From positions 21,430-85,429 of the forward strand of contig CAVUMU010000002.1 of NCBI GenBank assembly GCA_963742755.1: a DNA stretch of 64,000 nucleotides. The letters run 5' to 3'. The notes beneath the pieces are model-generated. The model was not told the DNA's origin, searched no databases, and saw nothing but the letters and a program-made list of their open reading frames with translations. The DNA comes from an uncultured Gemmatimonadales bacterium (GTDB lineage: Bacteria > Gemmatimonadota > Gemmatimonadetes > Gemmatimonadales > GWC2-71-9). Shown one piece after another: positions 44,577 through 53,917 of the stretch (within the stretch, counting starts at the first letter, position 1; every line of letters starts with the position of its first letter). A program made the translations under genes and the position numbers.

Positions 44577-47512
44577 TCTACGCCCCGACCCCGCAGCAAC
44601 GAAAGGCCATCGAGGCCGATCTCGGGCCGGCGCTGGTCATCGCCGGACCCGGTGCCGGGAAGACCTTCTGTCTGATTCATCGCATCCAGCACCTGATCGA
44701 GACGCTGGGCATCGCTCCGCGGCGGATCCTCGCGGTCACCTTCACCAACAAGGCCGCGGAGGAGATTGCCACCCGCCTGCACGAGACTCGCGGCATCACC
44801 GCGGCGGATGTCACCCGGGGCACGTTGCACTCGATCTGTCTCATGATTCTGCGGGACTATCCCGAGCGCTGCGGCCTCCGTCCGGGCTTCGGAGTAGCGG
44901 ACCGCGAGTATCAGGAGCGGGTGCTTCGCCGGCTCCGGATTCCGGCCAAGCGATGCTCCCAGGCGCTGGCGCAGTTCAGCCTTCACCAGCTGCAGGGCAA
45001 GGTTTTGAGCGACCGCGGCATGATGTTCTTCGGGCAGTACCAGGAGGCGCTCCGCTCGCGCAACCTCGCCGACTTCGACGATCTGATCACTCTAACGGAG
45101 CAGCTCCTGCGCACCAACGAGAGCGCGGCCAAGGAGCTGCGTTCGCGCTGGGACTATGTGCTGGTGGATGAGTTCCAGGATCTGAGCCCAACCCAGTACG
45201 GTATCGTCCGCCGACTGGCCGCACAGCATCGTTGTCTCTTCGGCGTGGGGGACGACGAGCAATCCATATTCTCCTGGACTGGTGCGGACCCCCGCATCAT
45301 GGGCCGGTTCCGCGAGGATTTCGACCTGCGCGAGCCAATCGTCCTCGACGAAAACCGCCGATGCTCGGTTCAGATCCTGGAGTCCGCCCGGCGTCTGATT
45401 GCCTGTAATCCGGTGTTGTTCGAAAAGCAGATCGACACCACGCTGAGGTCGCCCTTCGAGGTCGTGGCCTGCGGCTTCGAGACCGAAGAGACCGAGGCCG
45501 AGTGGCTCATCCAGGACATCCTCAGCGATCGCGCCACCGCGGCCACTGGCTGGGGTGACTATGCCATCCTCTATCGGTACCGGTGGATGGGGCGGGAGCT
45601 CGAGAGCCGGCTGATCCGCGCGGGAATCCCGTGCCGGATGGCGCGAGGCCAGGCCCTGGTGGACGACAAGGTAGTTGGCTGGGTCATCGCATCCTTGCGG
45701 GTCATTCGCTCACCCGACGACCCGATCCTGCTTGGGGCTCTGGCCGGCCTTGCCCTCAATCCCGCCCTGCGGCAGGAAGTTCGCAAAGCCTCATCGAAGG
45801 AGAAGGATTTTGTCGCCAACCTTCGAGCCTTCGCCAGTCAACGACCCAAGGGCGACTCCGACCGTAGACGGGTGTGGCGATTGATCTACCACCTCGAGAA
45901 CCTGAGGGGGATGGGCCGGTCTCATCAGTCGCTCTCGGGACTGGTGGATGAGCTGCTGGCGCGGCCGATCGGCGCCGGACGCAATCCGCTGGAGGAGTAC
46001 CATCACGATTTGAGGGAGCCGTCGCTCTATCCTGGCGCCGCCGCTCTGGCGAAGCGCCTGGAGCAGGGTGTTGCCCTGGGTGCCTGCGTCCGGGTCGAAC
46101 CGGGTGGCGGTACCGAGATCCCGCTGGTGGCCATGCTGCGAGGGGCTGGGATATCTAACGCCCGCCGCCTCATGCCGGGCGAGGTGCCGGCGGCCGATGA
46201 TGTAGTGCTCCGAGCCGGTTCCGGTCCGGACGGTGGGCTGCCGCTCCGATTGTTCAAGGCGCTTCAGCTGGTGCACACCCGGAGCCTGAAGGCCGACTTC
46301 GACGATTTCGTCGCCTTCGACATCGAGACCAGCGATTTCGATTTCGAATCCTCCCAGATCGTCGATATCGCGGCGGTCAGGGTCAGGAACAACGTCATGG
46401 TAGACGAGTTTCACTCCCTGGTGGCGTGCACCCGTCCCATCTCGGCGCAGGCCACCGAGGTGCATGGCTACACCGATGGGGACTTGGTCGGTGCGCCTCG
46501 GATGTCCGAAGTCTGGCATCGGTTCCGCGAGTTCGTCGGAGCCGACCTCCTCGTGGCCCACAACGGGCAGGAATTCGACGTCCCGGTGCTGCGCCGCGCC
46601 TGTGGTGGCCTGGAGGGGTTTGATGAGCTGGTGTTTTACGATACCCTTCCACTGGCCCGGGCCCTGGTGGATGGCAGCGTCAAGCTCAAGTATCTCGCCG
46701 AGAAGTACAACATACCGCCGGGACGGGAACACCATGCGCTCGACGACGCCCGGGTGCTCGCCGCGGTGCTGCCCAAGCTGAATGAGCTAAGGATCCGCCG
46801 AGCCCGAACCATCGCCCTGGTCCACCTGCTGGACCAGCTCGGTCTGGCCCTGGCGCTCGATCAGCAGGCCTCCCCTACCAAGGAAGAGGCTCTGTTCCGC
46901 GACATCACCCGGCCTTTCACCCTCGGACGCTACAGCGACTGTCTCGACATCTATGCCGCTGAGCTCGCAGCTGGAGCCGACGGAGCGCCCGGCCTCGAGG
47001 AAGTAATCGAGCGGTTGGGTGGACCGGCTTTGATGGAGCGCATGCGCGCGGACCGGACGGTGGACGAGCGCTACCCGGACTCGGTTGAGCGACTCCGGAC
47101 GCTGATACAAGCCAGCACCGGAGATAGCCTCACTGAGCACATCGACGACATGTTGTGCCGGGTAGCGCTCTCGAGCAGCGAAGGAGCTGAGACCGACCCC
47201 AACCGGTTGAACCTGCTCACCCTTCACTCGACCAAGGGTCTGGAATTCTCGCGGGTGTACGTCGTGGGGGTCGAGAATCAGGTGCTTCCGGGTTGGAGAG
47301 CGATTCAGGAGGACCGCGACGAAGAAATCCAGGAGGCCCGTCGCCTGCTCTATGTGGGGATGACGCGAGCCAAGGCCCGCCTGGTGCTGACTCACGCGGA
47401 GCAAAGAGGCGGCTATCGAGCTCAGGGCCATCTGTTTATAACTGAGGCGGGCCTGGCGCTCGAGGATTTTGGCATACCTCCTGCACTGGGTGCCTCGGTC
47501 ATCAGTGAGTGA
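44573..47512 (+). CDS. UvrD/Rep-family SF1 helicase with an inserted DnaQ-like DEDDh 3'-5' exonuclease domain
   Basis: The GTG start overlaps the hydrolase stop (GTGA 44573-44576). Helicase motifs: 'AGPGAGKT', 'VLVDEFQD', '[13 protein letters not shown]', 'ENRRC', 'LHSTKGLEF' and 'LYVGMTRAK'. Exonuclease motifs: 'FDIETSD', '[12 protein letters not shown]' and 'HHALDDA' (about 46310-46760). Confidence 0.9.
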   Translation: MIYAPTPQQRKAIEADLGPALVIAGPGAGKTFCLIHRIQHLIETLGIAPRRILAVTFTNKAAEEIATRLHETRGITAADVTRGTLHSICLMILRDYPERCGLRPGFGVADREYQERVLRRLRIPAKRCSQALAQFSLHQLQGKVLSDRGMMFFGQYQEALRSRNLADFDDLITLTEQLLRTNESAAKELRSRWDYVLVDEFQDLSPTQYGIVRRLAAQHRCLFGVGDDEQSIFSWTGADPRIMGRFREDFDLREPIVLDENRRCSVQILESARRLIACNPVLFEKQIDTTLRSPFEVVACGFETEETEAEWLIQDILSDRATAATGWGDYAILYRYRWMGRELESRLIRAGIPCRMARGQALVDDKVVGWVIASLRVIRSPDDPILLGALAGLALNPALRQEVRKASSKEKDFVANLRAFASQRPKGDSDRRRVWRLIYHLENLRGMGRSHQSLSGLVDELLARPIGAGRNPLEEYHHDLREPSLYPGAAALAKRLEQGVALGACVRVEPGGGTEIPLVAMLRGAGISNARRLMPGEVPAADDVVLRAGSGPDGGLPLRLFKALQLVHTRSLKADFDDFVAFDIETSDFDFESSQIVDIAAVRVRNNVMVDEFHSLVACTRPISAQATEVHGYTDGDLVGAPRMSEVWHRFREFVGADLLVAHNGQEFDVPVLRRACGGLEGFDELVFYDTLPLARALVDGSVKLKYLAEKYNIPPGREHHALDDARVLAAVLPKLNELRIRRARTIALVHLLDQLGLALALDQQASPTKEEALFRDITRPFTLGRYSDCLDIYAAELAAGADGAPGLEEVIERLGGPALMERMRADRTVDERYPDSVERLRTLIQASTGDSLTEHIDDMLCRVALSSSEGAETDPNRLNLLTLHSTKGLEFSRVYVVGVENQVLPGWRAIQEDRDEEIQEARRLLYVGMTRAKARLVLTHAEQRGGYRAQGHLFITEAGLALEDFGIPPALGASVISE

Positions 47513-47519
47513 GGTCACA

Positions 47520-48131
47520 ATGAAGCTTATCGCTTGCGCCCTGCCGCTCCTGGCAGGACTCCCGAGCGTGTTGGCCGCGCAGGTCAATCTCTCTCTCCCC
47601 AGGCTCAGCCGTCCCGCGGTGCGGGCAACCCTGGGTCCAATCTCGGTAGTTGCCACTGTCCGTGGACATGGCGTCACGCTTCGCGCGGGATCGCGGGCGC
47701 CGAGCCGCACTCCTGCCGCACGGCTGCCACGCACGACTAAAAGCGCCAGTGCTGCCCGCGTCCTGGCCACCGGAGATCGGTATCTGGGCAAGCGGTACGT
47801 CTATGGCGGTGCCAGGCCCGCCGCAGGCTTCGACTGCTCCGGGTTCGTGCAGTACGTCTTTGGGCAACACGGCGTCATTCTCCCCCGCGTCTCGCGCCAG
47901 CAGGCGGCTGCGGGCCGAGCCCTGCCCCGGACAACGAGCGCTCTGCAGCCGGGCGACCTGATGCTGTTCTCCAGCAAGGGCCGCGGGGTGGACCATGTCG
48001 CTATCTACGTCGGCGACAACCGCATCATCCACTCGAGTGCCGGCGCCGGCGGGGTGGTGTATGACGACCTGTCGACCCTGCGCGGCAAGTGGTACCTGGC
48101 CCGCCACGTGGCTTCCCGGCGCGTCCTCTGA
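47520..48131 (+). CDS. NlpC/P60 (C40) cell-wall peptidase, secreted
   Basis: Signal peptide 'MKLIACALPLLAGLPSVLAAQ'. Catalytic Cys in 'GFDCSGFVQYVF' and His in 'VDHVAIYVG'. Confidence 0.85.
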   Translation: MKLIACALPLLAGLPSVLAAQVNLSLPRLSRPAVRATLGPISVVATVRGHGVTLRAGSRAPSRTPAARLPRTTKSASAARVLATGDRYLGKRYVYGGARPAAGFDCSGFVQYVFGQHGVILPRVSRQQAAAGRALPRTTSALQPGDLMLFSSKGRGVDHVAIYVGDNRIIHSSAGAGGVVYDDLSTLRGKWYLARHVASRRVL

Positions 48132-48190
48132 CACACAAGCCTTTCCCGATCTAGATTGCCGGATCGCCCCTAAGCACGGAGCCATCCCGC

Positions 48191-48766
48191 ATGTCCCGTA
48201 TTCCGCCCCTGGACACCGAAACCGCCCCGCCCGATGCCCGGGCGGCGGCGGACGCTCATGTGCGCGGGCACGCTCGCATGACCAACATGAAGCGGACCCT
48301 GCTCCATTCCCTTCCGGCGTTTCATGCGCTGATGGAGTGGTACCCGCTCCGCGACACGGTGCAGCCATTTCTGGGGGAGAGACTCACCACCTTGTTCGCC
48401 CACGCCATCTCGGCCGAAACCGACTGCCTGATCTGCTCCACATTCTTCCGGCGGATGCTGATTCAGACCGGCGAGAACCCTGAACGGCTCAAGCTGGACG
48501 AGCGGGAAACGGCCGTGGTGGAGTTCGGACGTGCGCTGGCCGCATCGCCCTTTCAGGTGCCGGACGACGTCTACCAGCGGCTGGCAACCCATTTCCAGCC
48601 GGCCCAGCTGGTCGCGTTGACTGCCTTCGGCGCGCTCATGGTCGCCACGAACGTGTTCAACAACGCGCTCGATGTGGACCTGGACGAATACCTCCAGCCC
48701 TACCGGAAGGGAGTGCGAGAAGCCGCCTCACCCGCCTCACCCGCCTCGGTAACCAGGCCGGCATGA
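48191..48766 (+). CDS. Carboxymuconolactone decarboxylase (AhpD-like) family protein
   Basis: 'AISAETDCLICSTFF' carries the CxxC context of the AhpD fold. Confidence 0.75.
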   Translation: MSRIPPLDTETAPPDARAAADAHVRGHARMTNMKRTLLHSLPAFHALMEWYPLRDTVQPFLGERLTTLFAHAISAETDCLICSTFFRRMLIQTGENPERLKLDERETAVVEFGRALAASPFQVPDDVYQRLATHFQPAQLVALTAFGALMVATNVFNNALDVDLDEYLQPYRKGVREAASPASPASVTRPA

Positions 48767-49569
48767 AGCGGGAGTTTGCCGGCAAGGTCGCGTTCATCAC
48801 CGGGGCCGCCCACGGCCAGGGCCGAGCCACCGCGCTGGCACTCGCCCGGGAGGGGGCCAGGATCGCGGCCTTCGACATAGCCCGGCCGCTGAGCTACCCC
48901 GGTTATGCGATGGGGTCGAGCGATGACCTGGCCTCCCTCGCGGCCGAGTGCGGCCGGCTCGGGACCGAGTGCCTGACCTTTGCCGGCGACGTGCGGGACA
49001 ATGCGGATGTTACCAGGGCGGTCACCACCGCGTTCGAGAGGTTCGGGCGAATCGACATCCTTTTCAACAACGCGGGGATTTGCGGGTACGGTCTGGCCCA
49101 TGAACTGACCGAAGATGCCTGGGACGCGATGATCGACATCAACCTGAAGGGCGCCTGGCTGGTGGCTCGGCAGGTGATTCCTGTAATGATCCGGCAGCGA
49201 TCCGGGGTCATCATCAACAACTCATCGGTCGCTGGACTCAGGGGGATGGGGCGGCTGAGCCACTACGCGGCCTCGAAGTGGGGCCTGACCGGCCTGACCA
49301 GGTCCTGGGCGATCGAGCTGGCGCAATATGGAATCCGGGTGAACTCGATCCATCCGACCGGCGTGAACACCCCGATGAACGATGGTCTGGCCGCCCTGGA
49401 GGGGCTCACACCGAAGGAGATCGCCGAACGGTCGGCCGGGAACCTGCTGCCGGTGCCCTGGATCGAACCGGAGGACGTGGCTCACGCGGTGGTCTACCTG
49501 GCATCAGACCGCGCCCGCTATGTCACCGGCTCTCCGTTCGTGATCGACGCCGGGCTGCTTAGTAGGTAG
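48763..49569 (+). CDS. SDR family oxidoreductase (carveol-dehydrogenase/mycofactocin-coupled-like subgroup)
   Basis: 'ITGAAHGQGRA', 'NNAG' and 'YAASK'. ATGA overlap with the upstream gene. Confidence 0.9.
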   Translation: MKREFAGKVAFITGAAHGQGRATALALAREGARIAAFDIARPLSYPGYAMGSSDDLASLAAECGRLGTECLTFAGDVRDNADVTRAVTTAFERFGRIDILFNNAGICGYGLAHELTEDAWDAMIDINLKGAWLVARQVIPVMIRQRSGVIINNSSVAGLRGMGRLSHYAASKWGLTGLTRSWAIELAQYGIRVNSIHPTGVNTPMNDGLAALEGLTPKEIAERSAGNLLPVPWIEPEDVAHAVVYLASDRARYVTGSPFVIDAGLLSR

Positions 49570-49597
49570 GCGGGGTGGTGGGGCAGCGGGGCAGTTA

Positions 49598-49619
49598 TAC
49601 GCCGTACCGCCGTACCGCC
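49598..49619. repeat. Tandem octamer array, reverse complement of the 3117-3140 array
   Basis: tacgccgtaccgccgtaccgcc is the reverse complement of ggcggtacggcggtacggcgta. It is intergenic. Confidence 0.85.
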
Positions 49620-49683
49620 AGGTTATCTTGCCGTGTGATTACGCAGTGGGTCTCATGAAATACGCAGGGCCTTAGAGGAATAC

Positions 49684-50100
49684 ATGTTCGTCACGATCCG
49701 CAGGTATAGTCCTAAGAACGGGGCAGTGAATAAGGCCTCGCTGCAGCTTCTCCGCCGACAGCTCAATGACGAGTTTCTCCCGGTGGCCCAGCAGATCCAG
49801 GGCTTCGTCGGCTACTACGTCCTGAGTATCGCCGACCGAGAGCTCATCACGCTGAGCTTCTGCGAGACGAAAGAGGCCTCGGCCGAGTCCAGCCGTTGCG
49901 CGGCGGAGTACACCCTCAGGAATCCATTGGTCTTCGAGCTCGGCCGGCCCGAGGTCACCGAGGGGGAGGTACTTACCTTCGCCGAAGGGGCCCGGCAGAC
50001 GACCGCTCAGCCGTTGAATGGTGGCGGGGCGGCGGCCGCGGCGCTCGCCTTGTGGTTCGAGGAATCCCGGGGTATGCTTCTCCCGGCATCGGAGCGGTGA
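49684..50100 (+). CDS. Hypothetical protein (possibly an ABM-like fold)
   Basis: ATG start and GC3 bias. 'MFVTIRRYS...GFVGYYVL' resembles ABM domains. A terminator follows it. Confidence 0.5.
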   Translation: MFVTIRRYSPKNGAVNKASLQLLRRQLNDEFLPVAQQIQGFVGYYVLSIADRELITLSFCETKEASAESSRCAAEYTLRNPLVFELGRPEVTEGEVLTFAEGARQTTAQPLNGGGAAAAALALWFEESRGMLLPASER

Positions 50101-50126
50101 CGCGTTCGATATCCGACCGATCCCAA

Positions 50127-50159
50127 GGGGGCTGGCACAGGCGCCGGCCCCCTCTTTTT
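50127..50159 (+). terminator. Rho-independent terminator
   Basis: gggggctgg pairs with ccggccccc (9 bp including one G-U, 8-nt loop), followed by tcttttt. Confidence 0.7.
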
Positions 50160-50183
50160 CATCTCAACAGCAAGGACCGCGGG

Positions 50184-50384
50184 ATGACCGAAGTCAGGTT
50201 AAGCGACGAAGACAGCCTGGAGCGCGCGCTTAAGCTGTTCAAGCGCAAACTGCAGAAGTCGGGACTCTTCGGGGAGCTCCGGCGCCGCAGACACTACGTC
50301 AAACCCAGCGAGGCGCGCGCCATCAAGACTGCCGCCGCTCTCCGCCGGAAGCGGAAAAAGAAGGTCACGGGCGACTCCTGGTAG
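50184..50384 (+). CDS. rpsU: 30S ribosomal protein S21
   Basis: 'LERALKLFKRKLQKSGLFGELRRRRHYVKPSE'. 66 aa. It is embedded in the longer listed ORF 49896..50384. Confidence 0.95.
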   Translation: MTEVRLSDEDSLERALKLFKRKLQKSGLFGELRRRRHYVKPSEARAIKTAAALRRKRKKKVTGDSW

Positions 50385-50406
50385 GCCGGGTGTCGGTGGG
50401 ACCCAA

Positions 50407-51285
50407 GTGATTCTCCTCACATTGGCGTTTGCCGCCTCGCTCGATAGCGCCGTGGTTCGCGAGATCCAGGTCGCTCCGGGCGAAATCCTCCGCACAACCG
50501 TCACCGGGTCGGGCGAGCCGGTGGTCCTCATCCCCGGAATCTTCGGGGGATCCTACGGCTACCGGAAAATCGTCGGTCCTCTCGTGAAGCAAGGCTACCG
50601 CTGCATCGTGATCGAGCCGCTGGGCTATGGGCGGTCCTCGTATCCCGACGGGGCCGACTACTCGTTCACGGCTCAGGCCGAACGGGTGAGCAAGGTGCTG
50701 GACAGCCTCGGCGTGCGTCAGGCTCTCTTCATCGCCAACTCCACCGGCGCCTCGATCACGCTCCGTCTGGCGTTGGCTCACCCCGATCTGGTGCGGGGGA
50801 TCCTGTCGATTGACGGGGGCCCGGCCGAGAGCGCAGCTACGCCCGGCATGAAGAAGGCGTTCCGCTTCGGGGGATTCATCACCAAGATGGCGGTCAATGA
50901 GAGCAAGCTGAGGCACGACGTCCGCAACGAGATTGTGAAGAACTCGGGCGACACGACCTGGGTGACTCAGAAGGTGGTGCGGGAGTATACCGCCGGGCAG
51001 GCCGCTGACGTGGACGGCGCCATCGACGCCTTCCGCAGCATGTCGAAGTCCAAGGAAACCGAGTCGCTGCACGACCAGCTCGACGAGATTCGGGTACCGG
51101 TGCGTCTTCTGGTGGGCGGAGTTCCCCACCCCAGTGGGGTAAAGACCGAGGAGCGGGAGATGCTGGCCGATAAGCTGCCCGATTTTGTCCTCAAGAGCGT
51201 GTCTGGCTCAGGCCAGTACGTGCACGAGGAGCAACCCGCCACGGTAATCAAGGCGCTGGGAGACCTGGACCAGGCAGCCGACTAA
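50407..51285 (+). CDS. Alpha/beta-fold hydrolase, secreted
   Basis: GTG start and a signal-like N-terminus. 'VVLIPG' and the nucleophile elbow 'ANSTGAS' are present. 'GSGQYVHEEQP' is a His motif. Confidence 0.85.
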   Translation: MILLTLAFAASLDSAVVREIQVAPGEILRTTVTGSGEPVVLIPGIFGGSYGYRKIVGPLVKQGYRCIVIEPLGYGRSSYPDGADYSFTAQAERVSKVLDSLGVRQALFIANSTGASITLRLALAHPDLVRGILSIDGGPAESAATPGMKKAFRFGGFITKMAVNESKLRHDVRNEIVKNSGDTTWVTQKVVREYTAGQAADVDGAIDAFRSMSKSKETESLHDQLDEIRVPVRLLVGGVPHPSGVKTEEREMLADKLPDFVLKSVSGSGQYVHEEQPATVIKALGDLDQAAD

Positions 51286-51313
51286 AGCGGCTTTCTCCCT
51301 CCCTCTCTGAACA

Positions 51314-51349
51314 AATCCGGAGCCATTGCTGGCTCCGGATTCTTGTATT
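51314..51349 (+). terminator. Rho-independent terminator
   Basis: aatccggagcc pairs with ggctccggatt (11 bp, 6-nt loop), followed by cttgtatt. Confidence 0.7.
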
Positions 51350-51369
51350 CATCAGCCGAGCGGCTCGGA

Positions 51370-51855
51370 CTACACGGTGGCGCGTTTCCGGCCGCCGAGA
51401 CTGCCCGCCAGCATTTCTGAGACGTAACCCAACACGGCTCCCGCCACCAACGCCACGATCGTCTTCACCCAGGGGTGGGGGAAGGTAGTGCCGGCTCCCA
51501 CTACCACGCTGACCGCGGTCGCTGCCCCGAGGAACGCGCCTGGAATAAACGACAGGACCGGGATCTTGGCTTGAAGTACCATGAAGAAGGCCGCCACCCC
51601 GACCATGATGGAGAGGATGGGTAAGCCGCCGCCGAACCGGCGCGCGCCCTCCAGCGCGAGAAACGCCCATACCACACCGGAGAGGTTCGATGCGATCGTC
51701 TTGGTAAGCCCGGTCGTCTTTCCACCCGCGGCGAAGAAGCAGCCCCACGCCACGATCCCCGCCCACACTGGAAGCGCGGCGACCCCCAACGCGACGTAGG
51801 TCCAGCCCGCGATCAGGATTCCAATGCTAATAGCAAGCGCGACGAGCACGTCCAT
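51370..51855 (-). CDS. DUF1097 (YcdZ-like) inner membrane protein
   Basis: 'VWAGIVAWGCFFAAGG', 'LSGVVWAF' and 'LQAKIPVLSFIPGAF' match the YcdZ pattern as I recall it. ATG 51855 follows GGAGG. Confidence 0.8.
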   Translation of the reverse strand: MDVLVALAISIGILIAGWTYVALGVAALPVWAGIVAWGCFFAAGGKTTGLTKTIASNLSGVVWAFLALEGARRFGGGLPILSIMVGVAAFFMVLQAKIPVLSFIPGAFLGAATAVSVVVGAGTTFPHPWVKTIVALVAGAVLGYVSEMLAGSLGGRKRATV

Positions 51856-52009
51856 GTGCACCTCCGGCGGAAGGGGACTGCATACGCCTTTCCGCGCCCG
51901 TGGGAGCGCGACGGAAAGACTGAGGAGGGTCGTCACAAGGGGATCAAGGCGACTATCGCCATGCTAGGCTACTACTTAGGCCGCGTGCCGTCAAGAGCTT
52001 CGGAGCTTG

Positions 52010-53917
52010 CTATCGCTTCTCGATGTCGGCCCTCAGGCGGAGCATCGCATCCTCCGTGGTGACCAGCTCGCTCCGGGCCTCATTGAGCTGCTGCTGCTGG
52101 CTCTGCACAAACCGGCGGTACGGCGCGATGGCCTCGTTGATCCGGGCGGTGGATTGCTCCAGCTCCAGATGCACCTGGCGAGTGAGGACGTCCTTGAGGT
52201 GAGTGCGAAGCTGCTCGATCCGGCGCTCGAAATCGAGCTTGGCCTGTCGCCGCCGCCGTGGAATGACGTAGAAGCCCCCGATCGCCAGGGCAGTGGCCAG
52301 GAGAATGCCGGTGACGTCTGCCGCGGCGCTACTGACCAACGTCACGACCAGCGTGCCCAGCCCAATGGCTCCAGCCTGGGCCAGCGCGGTGGTGGCGAAG
52401 GTCCCCTGGATCTCATTCGCGATCGTTCGCGACTCTTCCTCCCGGTTGTAGCTCCCGACCACTTCGCGAGAAACCCGGCCAATCGAATCCAGAAGCGCCT
52501 GGCGGTTGTAGTTGAAGCTGGAGCCCACGTCACCGATCATCCCTTCCCGGTGGCGGGTTAACTGACGCCGTTCGATATAGCCGCTGATATCCTGCCAGAG
52601 CCGGAGATTCCGCTCGACGATCCAGTCGATGACCCGGCTGACCTCGTCCTCGATCTGCCGGGGTGTCTCTCCGATCACCTCCCGCTCGAAGGTGCGCTTT
52701 ACTCCCTCGCTGTCCATCAGGCTCTTGATCCGGCCGATCCGGATAGTTTCCTCGAAGAACCGCATGCCTCGGCGCTCCATGTCGCCGAGCAGGACATCCA
52801 GTTTAGCCAGGCGCGGCTCGAAGTCGCGCAGCATCTCCTGGTGAAAGAGCGCCAGCTGCTGGTCGATGTTCTGGATCGCTTCCACGTCGTGGGTCAGGAG
52901 CTTGAGCCGCTCAAACGCGGCGTCCTTGTACTTGGAAGCGAGGCGCAGCCCGACGTTAAGCGGGTTGAGCAGCTTGAGCCGGACTCGCTCCTGCTGGTCG
53001 AGGGTATTCAGCAGGTAGTCTTCCACCGCTCCGAATCCGCTACGCTTCCACAGCTCTTCACCGACCTCGTCCGCCTGTCCACCTGTCCGCCCGTCCGCCT
53101 GACCGCCCTCCCCACGTGCCTCCAGAGCCTGCCGGGCCGACACGGCGAATATCTCGGGCGCTTCGCCCAGGAGCGCGCTGGCATTGTCCCGGACGTAGCG
53201 GATGACCTCCTCGCGCTCCTCCGGGCGGGTGAGGATGTCGATCTTGTTGACGATGAAGACGATCTTCTTGCCCCACTCCCGGATCTGCTCCAGAAAGCCG
53301 CGCTCGCTCTCGGTAAAGGGGCGGTCGGCGGAGGTGACGAACAGCACCAGGTCGGAACGGGGCACGAAATCGCGGGTCAGCTCCTCGTGACGCCGAATGA
53401 TCGCATTGGTCCCCGGTGTGTCGACGATGTTGAGCTCGCGGAGGACCTCGGCTGGGTGGGTGCGCTCGAGGAGGTAGGCTTCCCGGAGCTGTTCGGAAAC
53501 CTCAGCCCCGTGTCGAAGCACATTGATACGGTCGGTGGTCGGCGTGACGCCCTCGGGGAGCACTCGCTCTCCCAGCAGCGCATTGATGAAGCTGGACTTT
53601 CCGGAGTTGAACTCACCTGCAATGACCAGAAGAAAGAGGCCGTTGAGTTGCTCCCGGGCCTCCTGAAAGCGGCGCAGGTCATCGGCCGCCACGTCGGACC
53701 CGAACCGCTCAAGCGCGGTGGCCAGGCGCTGGAGCAGCTCCTGCTCGCGGACGCGGATCTCTTGCTCCCGCTTCGACAGGATGCCTCGCCTCGCCAGCAG
53801 CTTACCGATCACCTGAGCCCCCTGGGTAAAGTCCGAATCGAGCCGGGGTTGCTGTTCCGGCGCTACCAAGCTAGCTTGTTGCCAGCATCGGGGCCTGCCC
53901 GGGCTGCCGAAGCTCAA
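52010..53917 (-). CDS. Bacterial dynamin-like GTPase (start uncertain, TTG in track)
   Basis: G1 '[16 protein letters not shown]', G3 'DTPGTNA' and G4 'VNKID'. A C-terminal paddle TM '[18 protein letters not shown]...[10 protein letters not shown]' is present. Confidence 0.85.
   Translation of the reverse strand: MSFGSPGRPRCWQQASLVAPEQQPRLDSDFTQGAQVIGKLLARRGILSKREQEIRVREQELLQRLATALERFGSDVAADDLRRFQEAREQLNGLFLLVIAGEFNSGKSSFINALLGERVLPEGVTPTTDRINVLRHGAEVSEQLREAYLLERTHPAEVLRELNIVDTPGTNAIIRRHEELTRDFVPRSDLVLFVTSADRPFTESERGFLEQIREWGKKIVFIVNKIDILTRPEEREEVIRYVRDNASALLGEAPEIFAVSARQALEARGEGGQADGRTGGQADEVGEELWKRSGFGAVEDYLLNTLDQQERVRLKLLNPLNVGLRLASKYKDAAFERLKLLTHDVEAIQNIDQQLALFHQEMLRDFEPRLAKLDVLLGDMERRGMRFFEETIRIGRIKSLMDSEGVKRTFEREVIGETPRQIEDEVSRVIDWIVERNLRLWQDISGYIERRQLTRHREGMIGDVGSSFNYNRQALLDSIGRVSREVVGSYNREEESRTIANEIQGTFATTALAQAGAIGLGTLVVTLVSSAAADVTGILLATALAIGGFYVIPRRRRQAKLDFERRIEQLRTHLKDVLTRQVHLELEQSTARINEAIAPYRRFVQSQQQQLNEARSELVTTEDAMLRLRADIEKR
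53068..53107. repeat. Tandem octamer array (CGTCCGCC-like x5) inside the dynamin-like CDS
   Basis: cgtccgcc tgtccacc tgtccgcc cgtccgcc tgaccgcc. On the minus strand it encodes '[14 protein letters not shown]'. Confidence 0.8.

Noticed and set aside
51370-53917. Dynamin-like GTPase plus the YcdZ-like membrane protein as a two-gene defence module.
   Set aside because: They are separated by 154 nt. YcdZ-like proteins are ordinary inner-membrane proteins, and I have no evidence of co-conservation. It is reported only as a solitary dynamin observation.
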